This document shows, in pieces, positions 37,639-45,853 of a stretch of 64,000 nucleotides of DNA (its first letter is position 1; each line of letters starts with the position of its first letter). Where the stretch lies: contig CAYLRA010000003.1 of assembly GCA_964386045.1 (NCBI GenBank), positions 9,006-73,005 on the forward strand, given 5' to 3'. The translations under genes and the position numbers were made by a program. A model generated the notes under the pieces. The model ran no database searches. It saw only the letters and a list, made by a program, of their open reading frames with translations, and had not been told where the DNA came from. This DNA is from an uncultured Verrucomicrobiaceae bacterium. GTDB taxonomy: Bacteria > Pseudomonadota > Gammaproteobacteria > Pseudomonadales > CAMLJR01.

Positions 37639-37750
37639 TGGTGCCAGACCTCCCTGATCCGCCCGGCCAGGTACTCGGCCAGGTGGGTCAGCAACCGGGC
37701 GGTCGCCGAGTGAGCGGGGCGGCAGTGGCGACCGCAGAAGATGATTCGCG

Positions 37751-38659
37751 TCACGGCAGTAGACCGACCCTGATCAAATCGCGGTCGATGTCACCGAGCC
37801 GCTGCTCGTGCCTTGGATCGACGGCCGGTCGCGCCGCTGCCCTGGCGCTGGCCAGGAGCTGGCGACCTTTTGCCACTGCCTCGACGATCGACCGATCGAT
37901 TGCCTCACGCCCGTCGGCGAAGGCATATACCAATGCCTGATCACTCAAGGTGTTGATGAGACGCGGGACGCCGGCGCTGCATTCATACAGGGCATCCATT
38001 GCATCGGCATCGAACAGCGGTTGGGTGCGACCAGAGACCGCGAGCCGATGAAGGACGTAATCTTCGAGCTCGTTGCGTGTCAGCGGTTCGAGGTGGTACT
38101 CGACCGAGACCCGTTGTGCAATCTGGGAGAGTTTCGGTTGTGCAAGCTGTTCCCGAAGTTCGGGTTGACCGATCAGTACGATCTTCAACAGCTGGTCTTC
38201 ATCCGCATTGATGTTGCTCAGCAAGCGAATCTCTTCCAGTGCTTTGTCGGAGAGATTCTGCGCCTCGTCGACAATCAACAGAACCTGCCGGCCTTCAGCG
38301 TATTCAGTGATGACATACCGCTGAAAGTCGCGAAACAGCGAAATGCTTTCGCGCCCTTCAAACGGCAGGTCGAATGCCGAAGCGACCCAGCGGATGAGAT
38401 GCTGGTCGAAGTCGAGAGTGTTGTTCAGCAAGCCAACGCGGAACTGCTTGTCGTCGAGCTCACGCAGCAGTTGTCGAAGCAGGGTGGTCTTGCCGGCCCC
38501 GACATGGCCGGTCATCACCGTGATGCCGCCGCCGGCATCACCCAGGCCGTAGCGCAGCAGGTTGAGCGCCAGCTGGTGGCGTGGCGAGAGGTAGAGATAG
38601 CTCGGGTCTGGCGCCAGCTTGAAGGGCGGTCGCAGGAGACCAAAGTGCTCCAGATACAT
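37751..38659 (-). CDS. ExeA-like AAA ATPase (XrtA/PEP-CTERM system-associated ATPase)
   Basis: 302 aa. MYLEHFGLLRPPFKLAPDP opening, Walker A GHVGAGKTT and Walker B LLIVDEAQ. Confidence 0.8.
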   Translation of the reverse strand: MYLEHFGLLRPPFKLAPDPSYLYLSPRHQLALNLLRYGLGDAGGGITVMTGHVGAGKTTLLRQLLRELDDKQFRVGLLNNTLDFDQHLIRWVASAFDLPFEGRESISLFRDFQRYVITEYAEGRQVLLIVDEAQNLSDKALEEIRLLSNINADEDQLLKIVLIGQPELREQLAQPKLSQIAQRVSVEYHLEPLTRNELEDYVLHRLAVSGRTQPLFDADAMDALYECSAGVPRLINTLSDQALVYAFADGREAIDRSIVEAVAKGRQLLASARAAARPAVDPRHEQRLGDIDRDLIRVGLLP

Positions 38660-38663
38660 ACTG

Positions 38664-39488
38664 TCACCGCGCCTTGTTGAGGATGGTGCCGAGCAGAGGC
38701 GTGCCCTGCATCAGCTTGAGTGCGCGTTCGACATCGCTGCGACGGCTGACGCCATCTTCGACCACCATCAGCAGTGCGTCCGCGTAGGGTGCAAAGGTCA
38801 TGGCGTCGTCATCGTCGAGCACGGCTGGAAGATCGAAGATGATCAGCCGGGATTCGTAACGGTTGACGATGTCCTGCAGCAACATATTCATGCGCGGCGA
38901 GGAGAGCATCTCCGAGCGATGGCGGGAGCGACGGGCATTCGGCAGCACGACGAGCCGCTCGAAGCCCGGATTGACCAGTGCATCCTTCAGCTCGGCGCGC
39001 CCTTCGAGACAGTCGATCAGATCGCTTTCGACGTCGAGGCCCAGCTTTTCCGCGACGGTCGGGTTGCGCAGGTCGAGATCGACAAGAAGCACCGTCTGGT
39101 TGACCTCCTTCGACATCGAGATCGCGAGGTTGAGAGCGGTCAGGCTTTTGCCGGCGTGGCTGTTCGGGCTGGTGACCGCGAGTGTGCGCCAGCGGTTTTC
39201 GCGCATTTTCTGCAGCACCTGGGTGCGCAGCTGGCGGTAGACCTCGGCGCGCTGGTCGTTGTCGAAACCGGCGACCACCAGCTGGTTGAGCAGGTGCTGT
39301 GGATTTGGGCGCACGGTGCGGGTCTGGGTGTACTCGATTTTATTATTCGATGTCGACGGGCTGGGTCGCTGGCGTTGCGGCTCGGCGACCGCGGTGGTCT
39401 CTGCGCGATCACGCTGCTCTCTGGCCTTGTCGATGGCGCGTTGGATGAAGTCCATGGCAGGTTGCTCCAAAAGGTCTGTTCGACTCAA
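38664..39488 (-). CDS. Chain-length-determinant tyrosine-kinase-like ATPase (BY-kinase catalytic-domain type)
   Basis: 274 aa. P-loop TSPNSHAGKSLTALNLA and LLVDLDLRNP with MinD/ParA-like topology. Its start overlaps the upstream stop by 4 nt. Confidence 0.8.
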   Translation of the reverse strand: MSRTDLLEQPAMDFIQRAIDKAREQRDRAETTAVAEPQRQRPSPSTSNNKIEYTQTRTVRPNPQHLLNQLVVAGFDNDQRAEVYRQLRTQVLQKMRENRWRTLAVTSPNSHAGKSLTALNLAISMSKEVNQTVLLVDLDLRNPTVAEKLGLDVESDLIDCLEGRAELKDALVNPGFERLVVLPNARRSRHRSEMLSSPRMNMLLQDIVNRYESRLIIFDLPAVLDDDDAMTFAPYADALLMVVEDGVSRRSDVERALKLMQGTPLLGTILNKAR

Positions 39489-41233
39489 AGGCCAAGTTTG
39501 CGCAGCGCGACGAACCAGAGGACGTCGAGCGGCTTGTAGGCGATGTGGATCAGTGACAGCGTGATGATGACCAGCACCACGCTCGCGCCCAGCACGATCG
39601 CCCAGCGATACGAGGTTGCCGGGCGATCATCGCCGGCAGTGAACAACGGGATCGTGGCAAGTGGCGGGGCGGTGATGAGATCCGTCAGATCGCGCTCGCC
39701 ACGAATACTTTCGTCCATGATCTCGGCTGCCGCCACCATGCCGGCGCCGCAGAGCCCGGCAAGCAGCAGGCCAACCAGAATGATGGCTACACGGTTCGGA
39801 CTGACCGGCTCTTCGGGCCGGATCGGTGGTTCGATCAGCGTGAAACGCTCGCCCTTGCGTTCGGTTTCCAGGTTGCGTGCCAGCTCGGCCTGCAGCAGCT
39901 TGAAGCTGATCTCCTGGTATTTGGCCGTGGTCGTCGAGAGGTCGCGCATCAACTCCTGGTAACGTTTCTCGACATCCGGTGCCCTGGCGAGGTGGCTTTC
40001 GAAGCGGGTGATTTTCTCTTTCAGGTCAGCGGCTCGCTGCTCCAGCACGGCACTCTCTGCTTCGATGCTGCGGATCTGTGTGTGAAGCAATACGTAGGCC
40101 GGATTGTCTGCGCGTGGTGCGGTAATGCTGTCGGGGGCGGTGGGATTGGCCGCAAGCGAACTGACCAGACGCTGCTGCTGCAGAACCTCGGGATGGTCGG
40201 GTTGATAGCTGCGCTGCAGCTGCGCCAGTTTGTCCCGCTCGGCCTGCAATATTTTGAGCTGGGTATCGTCACTGCTGTCGCCGAGTTCGCGGCGCAGCGT
40301 CTCCACTTCGCGCTGCAGGCGACGTATGTCGGGATGGTTGTCGTTGTAGACCGAACTTTTACTGCGCAGCTCGGATTCCAGTGCGCGAAGGCGATCCTGA
40401 TCGCCGAGTACCATCTCGCCAGTCGGTAGCGTGGTGGGTGCATAGGGGCTGAGCTGGGCTATGTTGGCCTGCAACTCCAGCCGGCGCTTGGCCAGCTCGG
40501 AGAGGCGCATACGGGTGTCGCGCAGCTCGGCGTCGGTGCGCTCGACGACATTGATGTTGTACTGATAGAGCTCGGGCAGTGCCCCTTCGTTGGCTTGCTT
40601 GAAATTCGAAAGCTCCTGTTCAAGATCGAGAATTCGCTGATTCAGTGCTCCCGACTCGCTTTTCAGGAACTGCGAGGTGGTGGCAGTTTTTTCGGAGCGG
40701 GTCTTCAGGTTTTCGTTCAGGTAGAGACTGACCAGCTCATTGGCGACTCGGCGGGCGATATCGGGGTTGCGATGGTCAAAGGCGAGCTTGAAGGCGATGG
40801 TGGCCTCCATCGGGCGACCAATGCGCGGATCGATTACTTCGGCGCTGACCAGCTCCAGCCCCATGTCGCGCTGGAAGTCCTTCATGATTTCGGTGCGGGG
40901 CGTGCGCTTGAGTTCTACCTCATCCAGCAGGCCATATTTCTCGACAATGCCGATGACGTTGGCAAGGGTCATCGTGCGCTGGGTGATGACGTTGATCTGC
41001 TGGTTCGCGTAACCGGTGATGGTGGAGCGCACCAGATCCTGCGGGATCTCCTGCTCCTCGATCAGTATCGTGGCGCTGGAGCGGTATTTGGCGGGCCACA
41101 GCAGTGCCGTGAGCAGAGCCAGCACCATAACGATCGCAGCCGGAATGAAAAACAGCTTGCGTCGGCGGAGGAATATCCGACGCAGATCATTTGCCGAGAG
41201 TTGTTTCTCGTCGAAATCCATGGCCATGTTCAT
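39485..41233 (-). CDS. Polysaccharide chain-length determinant (Wzz/GumC-like, PEP-CTERM locus type)
   Basis: 582 aa. N-terminal TM plus the PAKYRSSATILIE Wzz motif, a long coiled-coil periplasmic region and a C-terminal TM (VAIILVGLLLAGLCGAG). Confidence 0.8.
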   Translation of the reverse strand: MNMAMDFDEKQLSANDLRRIFLRRRKLFFIPAAIVMVLALLTALLWPAKYRSSATILIEEQEIPQDLVRSTITGYANQQINVITQRTMTLANVIGIVEKYGLLDEVELKRTPRTEIMKDFQRDMGLELVSAEVIDPRIGRPMEATIAFKLAFDHRNPDIARRVANELVSLYLNENLKTRSEKTATTSQFLKSESGALNQRILDLEQELSNFKQANEGALPELYQYNINVVERTDAELRDTRMRLSELAKRRLELQANIAQLSPYAPTTLPTGEMVLGDQDRLRALESELRSKSSVYNDNHPDIRRLQREVETLRRELGDSSDDTQLKILQAERDKLAQLQRSYQPDHPEVLQQQRLVSSLAANPTAPDSITAPRADNPAYVLLHTQIRSIEAESAVLEQRAADLKEKITRFESHLARAPDVEKRYQELMRDLSTTTAKYQEISFKLLQAELARNLETERKGERFTLIEPPIRPEEPVSPNRVAIILVGLLLAGLCGAGMVAAAEIMDESIRGERDLTDLITAPPLATIPLFTAGDDRPATSYRWAIVLGASVVLVIITLSLIHIAYKPLDVLWFVALRKLGL

Positions 41234-41262
41234 CGGTTGGGGGCTTCCATATTTGCTTGAGT

Positions 41263-42513
41263 TCAGCGTGACCAGCGTTTTTCGGTCGGCTTCCAGATGA
41301 CGCCGAGCCTGGCGACATGCGAGTCGATAGGGTCGCCATTCTCATACTGCTGTGAGCGGTACTGATAACTGCACTGCAGCGACCAGTGCTCATCGAGCTG
41401 GTGGCCGTAGGTCAGCGTGCCGTAGTGATAGTCGCGCGAAGGGTTGAAGCGGTTGCTGGGGTAGTTGCCGGAGACTTCATTGTTGCCGACGGTAACCTTG
41501 GCCGACAGCGTGCCCTGTTCGAACAGGCGGTGGCTCCATTCGAGATCGAGCTGCTCGGAGACCTGCACATAACCAACGGACGAGGGCTGGGTGCGCCGGG
41601 AGATGCGCGTGCTCAGTGTGTTGCGGGTTGTGCGCCAGCTCAGCGATCCGTCAATCGTCGTTAGTTTCGAGGTCGACTCTTCGAGTGTACAGAGCGGGAA
41701 CAGGGGGAGCAGCTCGAACTCCTCGGCGAAGGAGCAGACGTCGGCAGGGTCCTGCACGCTGGGTGTCGATTCATTGCGCGAGCGACCAGCCATGAGGGAA
41801 AGGGTCAACGTTTCGGAAATCTGGTATTCACCACCCAGCAGCAGCCCCCACTCCGTGGAGCGGGTATCGTAGCTCTGGCCGGCTGCCGCGACGATGGTGT
41901 CGGACTGATAGTCCGAGTAGACCAGTTGCGCGAAGGTGCTCAAGCGTTCGTTGAGGGCGTGGCTCCAGAGCAGGCTGCTGTTCCAGTATTGGTAGTCGAC
42001 ATAACCGTCGTCGAGGTAGCGGCTGTCGATGAAGCTGGCGCGCAGTATCAGCAGATCGTGCTCGCTGATCTGGTACTCCGCATAGGGTGTGATGGTGTAC
42101 TGCTCATGCCTGCCGGCACTGCCGACACGACCGCTGTCGAGAAGCTCGCTGGTCAGTGTCGAATTGCGCACGCCGCTCAGGTCCAGCCCGATCGCGCTGC
42201 GTTGCCATTGGTGGCGGGTACGCACATTGAGCGTCTGGTCGTCGCTGTCCAGACCTTCCATGCCGTATCGGCGCGACAGCAGGGTCAGGTCGACGTTTGC
42301 ATTGGTGGTTTCGCTGTTCATGCCGGCGTCAAGTCTCGCGGCTGCCAGATGCCCCGCGCTCGACTGGGCCGGTTCGCTCATCAGCAGGTTGCTGTCGTGA
42401 TTGGCCTCCAGTCGCAAATGTCCCCCGACGCGATATTCGGTGGCGCCGCTCGCATTTGCCATGAGCAGTAGAGCCATCGACAGAAGATGGGGGCGTATCC
42501 CTCGGCCTTTCAT
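41263..42513 (-). CDS. Predicted outer-membrane beta-barrel protein of the PEP-CTERM locus
   Basis: 416 aa. Signal peptide (LLSMALLLMANASGA), then alternating-polarity strands rich in Y/W/S/T. ATGA overlap with the export gene. Its position matches the uncharacterised beta-barrel of exosortase loci. Confidence 0.55.
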   Translation of the reverse strand: MKGRGIRPHLLSMALLLMANASGATEYRVGGHLRLEANHDSNLLMSEPAQSSAGHLAAARLDAGMNSETTNANVDLTLLSRRYGMEGLDSDDQTLNVRTRHQWQRSAIGLDLSGVRNSTLTSELLDSGRVGSAGRHEQYTITPYAEYQISEHDLLILRASFIDSRYLDDGYVDYQYWNSSLLWSHALNERLSTFAQLVYSDYQSDTIVAAAGQSYDTRSTEWGLLLGGEYQISETLTLSLMAGRSRNESTPSVQDPADVCSFAEEFELLPLFPLCTLEESTSKLTTIDGSLSWRTTRNTLSTRISRRTQPSSVGYVQVSEQLDLEWSHRLFEQGTLSAKVTVGNNEVSGNYPSNRFNPSRDYHYGTLTYGHQLDEHWSLQCSYQYRSQQYENGDPIDSHVARLGVIWKPTEKRWSR

Positions 42514-43094
42514 GGCACGACCACAATGTCGCCGCTGTGGAGAAGGGAGTTGTTGCTGAGGCCTTCGCCCTGCTTGACGTCGCCATAGCGGAATCGGCGT
42601 GAGTGCTGCGTGCCGTTGGCGTCGCGGTGCAGAACGTTGATGGAATTCTCGGCGGCAAAAGCATTGAGACCGCCCGCGAGGGCCAGTGCCTGCATTACGT
42701 CGATCGGCTGGGTGATCGGGTATTCGCCGGGGCGATTGACCTTGCCCAGTACATAGATCTTGTAGCCGGAGGTCTGGCGCAGCGAGACGGTGACGGTCGG
42801 TTCGTCGCGCAGGTAGCGGGTGAGTGCCTGGGAGATATCTGCCTCGATATCGGCGATGTTCCGGCCGCGTGCATGAACATGGCCGGCGAGGGGGACGGAG
42901 ATCCCGCCGTCGGGCCTGACCAGCACTTCCCGGCTGAGCGTCTCTTCGTTCCAGATGAATACCTCCAGAATGTCACCGGCGTTTACAGCGTAGCCATCAG
43001 GCGCGGATGGTCGCTGGTCATCGGCAGCAGCGCCGGCGCAGGCCAGGACGGAGATGGCGAGAAGGAATGCGCGTACAAACAGGTTCTTGAACAT
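42510..43094 (-). CDS. Periplasmic polysaccharide export protein (Wza-N/Poly_export + SLBB, EpsE-like)
   Basis: 194 aa with a signal peptide. GYAVNAGDILEVFIWNEE...VRPDGGISVPLAGHVHARGRNIADIEADI is the Poly_export signature. Confidence 0.8.
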   Translation of the reverse strand: MFKNLFVRAFLLAISVLACAGAAADDQRPSAPDGYAVNAGDILEVFIWNEETLSREVLVRPDGGISVPLAGHVHARGRNIADIEADISQALTRYLRDEPTVTVSLRQTSGYKIYVLGKVNRPGEYPITQPIDVMQALALAGGLNAFAAENSINVLHRDANGTQHSRRFRYGDVKQGEGLSNNSLLHSGDIVVVP

Positions 43095-43228
43095 GGGAAA
43101 TAAGCGCCCTACAGCAGTGGCATCCGGCCATGATGCAGAGAGATTGCTGCATCTATATGAACAGACTGCCGGCCAGATTGGATTTTTTGCTTGTGAACAG
43201 TGCCAATTTTCTTATTGGAGTAAACAGC

Positions 43229-43264
43229 GCGGTGGCTCGACAGGGGCGGAGCCACCGCGTTTTT
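43229..43264. terminator. Stem-loop terminator between PEP-CTERM gene 2 and the export operon start
   Basis: GCGGTGGCTC-N10-GAGCCACCGC followed by GTTTTT on the plus strand, with an A-run on the other side. Lies immediately downstream (minus sense) of the stop at 43275. Confidence 0.5.
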
Positions 43265-43274
43265 CCAGCACCGG

Positions 43275-43940
43275 TCAGCTCTTGGCGTCGCTGTTTTCCA
43301 GCGCCAGCTTGGCGCGGCGACGACGTACCAGGGTCAACGCGACCAAAGCGGAACCAAACAGCGGTAGCGTATCGCCCAGCGGAACCGGGGTGACGTCGGC
43401 CGAACCGTAGTAGAGCCCGCCGACCAGGCCGGCCGCCTTGCCGGAGACAGTCAGTGTGTACCAGCTGTCCGCCTGCAGGCCGCTGAGGGTGAGCAGGCCG
43501 TTTTCGCCGATCGTGCCCAGCAGGTTGCCGCCTTCATCGAACAGCGATGCGGTCAGGAACTTGTTGTCGAACAGCGAGGTAACAATCGCGTCGTTGAGCT
43601 TCTGGTGTTTCTTGTCGTGCTGATAACCCTTGCCATGGCTGTCCGGAACGAGGAAGGGCAGGGAGAGATTGAAGTCGGAGAGGGAGAGTGTCACGTTGCT
43701 GGTTTCGGCGAGCGAGAAACTCCAGCTGTCGAAGAACCCCTTGCCTGAATGGTTGAAGTTTCCGAACAGGTAGCTGCCGGTTTCGAGATCCTGATTCAGG
43801 TATTTTTTCAGCGACAGCGCCTGTAACGCCGACTCGTTCTCCCACGGCATGCCACTTTCGGCGTTGATGGCATGGGCCGAGAAGGGGAGGGTGAGTGCGA
43901 GTGAGACGGTTGCGTAGGTTGCCAGTTTTTTCAAAAACAT
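43275..43940 (-). CDS. Secreted PEP-CTERM-type protein (substrate 2) with a C-terminal tail
   Basis: Start at the ATG at 43940 (GGAGA 6 nt upstream). Signal peptide MFLKKLATYATVSLALTLPFSAHA. The C-terminus TPVPLGDTLPLFGSALVALTLVRRRRAK is followed by 10 more residues (LALENSDAKS). Confidence 0.7.
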   Translation of the reverse strand: MFLKKLATYATVSLALTLPFSAHAINAESGMPWENESALQALSLKKYLNQDLETGSYLFGNFNHSGKGFFDSWSFSLAETSNVTLSLSDFNLSLPFLVPDSHGKGYQHDKKHQKLNDAIVTSLFDNKFLTASLFDEGGNLLGTIGENGLLTLSGLQADSWYTLTVSGKAAGLVGGLYYGSADVTPVPLGDTLPLFGSALVALTLVRRRRAKLALENSDAKS

Positions 43941-44749
43941 GGTCGTTCTCCAGAAATGGTTGGGGGTTCCGTGTGGTTCCGTTTGGTTGAACGGAATATG
44001 TATAAGCATCCTTGGTAGATGAACCTCTGGACAGGTTGGCGGAGCCTCACGCTTCTCGCACTTCGAATGCTCAGGGAATGAATTTCGCGTAAATATAAAG
44101 TGCACGCTTCTATTCCATTGGGTTGTTATTTTCTTTGTGTATCTGCGCCGTTATACGTTGACACTCTATCAATCCAAACACACTCAATATAAGTGCCACC
44201 GGCGAAGATAGTTTTGTTATTCAATGGAATACATCTCATCCCGATCGCTTTGTTTTCTTCCGTGTAAAGAATCGTGACGGCGCAAATGGCGAATCCATGC
44301 AGGCTGTCGCGTCGCCGGAATATACATCAAATGCCGCTCCGTAAATAAACCGTCCATCGTTTGGTTTTGCGATCGACGTGTCACCAATTTGCTGGCTTTA
44401 CGTCACCAGCTTGCATAACGCTACCTCACCCATGCGGGCAATTGTGTGATTGAAACCAAAAATTCATAGATAGATTGCATGACAAACGTCATCCATTTGG
44501 ATGGCGATATTTTCATGGGTGTGTCACCTGTCCTGCGTAGATTCCGGAAGGTCCGATGGCGGTGTCCTGGCATCGGCGGCTCCGGGAGTCGCGCCTACTG
44601 GCTCAGCAGCATGCGTTCGTAACACGGTTTGTCGGTCGCTTGCATTGCCAGATATTCAATAAAGATTCACCGGAACCGCCTGTACCTGACATCTGCCTCC
44701 GCGATAACTGCTGCGGACTGCAGCCGGGATATTTTTTCCGGATGTGGTC

Positions 44750-44845
44750 GGACAACGGAACTGCCACCCCCGTCGCGAGGCGGGCTCGGAAAGCCACGGG
44801 TCTCTTGTTGGACAGTTGGGGAGAGACGGCCGGGTTGCCACCGTG
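44750..44845 (+). promoter_or_regulatory. c-di-GMP-I (GEMM-I, type 2)-like riboswitch aptamer, copy 1
   Basis: UGCCACC-CCCGUC-GCGA-GGCGGG-CUCGG-AAAGCC-A-CGGGUCUC-loop-GAGAC-GG-CCGGGUUGCC. Contains a GNRA-capped helix, a second long helix and the AAAGCC / GGGUUGCC junction strands in GEMM-I order. Sits 135 nt upstream of a PEP-CTERM CDS, and a second copy is at 47690. Confidence 0.6.
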
Positions 44846-44979
44846 AAAGCGAAGGAGCGGGTCGCGTGGCAGTTCAGTTCGTGCAGGACCGCTGCGTACC
44901 AGCCTCCTTCGAAAAGCGTCGCTTCTTGTTGCATTGATGCACAACGCACTTTTCACAGGCACCTTTGGAGGATTTGGTA

Positions 44980-45777
44980 ATGAAGAAAGCAGTTTTGGCA
45001 CTGACGGCATCGCTGGCGGTCGTCTCCGGCGCGAATGCGGCCTGGGATCCGGGCACCGAGGGAAGCTATTCGATCGGCAATGGTGAGCTGCTGCTCTCCA
45101 TCTACGATCCGGTCAACCAGCACTCCTACAGCCATGACCTGGGCATCCGTTTCGACGATATCCGCGCCGGTACCGTCAATACGACGATCGCGCTCGACCC
45201 GGCCCATCTGGCCGTATTCGGTGGCGACTTCAGCAACGTGCGGTTCGATGTTTTCGCGGCGAGCAACAGGGTCGAGGCCGACGGGGGTAATACGTTTATT
45301 GCCACCAACGCGGGCATCATGTACTCCCTGCAGGCTGGCCAGACTCCGTTCGGGACTGACGCGAACACCAACGTGGCGGTCGTCAGCAACTACTGGGGTC
45401 TGTTCCAGCAGAATGCGGTTGGCATCGGCTTCAATATTTCTCCCGACGAAAACCCCGTCACCAGCCGGGCCAATGGCGCGCCCGGCTATGCCTACGCAGA
45501 GGGCGAGTGGTCGCACTTTTGGGAGTTCAACTTCAATCGCCGTACCAGCGGTACCGACGGCGAAACCATCGAGCTGTGGCTTAAGGGCTTCACTCAGGAT
45601 GACGGTTACGGCGATCCGCTCGATCTGCTGGTGGGTCACATCACGCTGAACCTGACTGGCGAAGGCGGTCCTTCGGTGCACGTCGCCGCCGTGCCGATTC
45701 CGGCCGCCGGCTGGCTGCTGGGCTCCGCGCTGCTCGGTCTGGGGGGCATCGCCCGCCGCCGTCGCTCGCAGGCCTGA
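44980..45777 (+). CDS. Secreted PEP-CTERM-anchored protein (substrate 3)
   Basis: ATG at 44980 with GGAGGA 7 nt upstream. Signal peptide MKKAVLALTASLAVVSGANA. Textbook C-terminus VPIPAAGWLLGSALLGLGGIARRRRSQA. Confidence 0.8.
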   Translation: MKKAVLALTASLAVVSGANAAWDPGTEGSYSIGNGELLLSIYDPVNQHSYSHDLGIRFDDIRAGTVNTTIALDPAHLAVFGGDFSNVRFDVFAASNRVEADGGNTFIATNAGIMYSLQAGQTPFGTDANTNVAVVSNYWGLFQQNAVGIGFNISPDENPVTSRANGAPGYAYAEGEWSHFWEFNFNRRTSGTDGETIELWLKGFTQDDGYGDPLDLLVGHITLNLTGEGGPSVHVAAVPIPAAGWLLGSALLGLGGIARRRRSQA

Positions 45778-45805
45778 TCCACTCGATTCACTTTCTGGGA
45801 TAACA

Positions 45806-45826
45806 CCCCCCGGCTTCGCCGGGGGG
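45806..45826 (+). other. GC-rich intercistronic hairpin
   Basis: CCCCCCGGC-TTC-GCCGGGGGG, with no T-run. Lies between PEP-CTERM gene 3 and the next CDS (GGAGGA at 45843). Confidence 0.4.
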
Positions 45827-45853
45827 GCAATCACGACTTGTGGAGGAAACACC

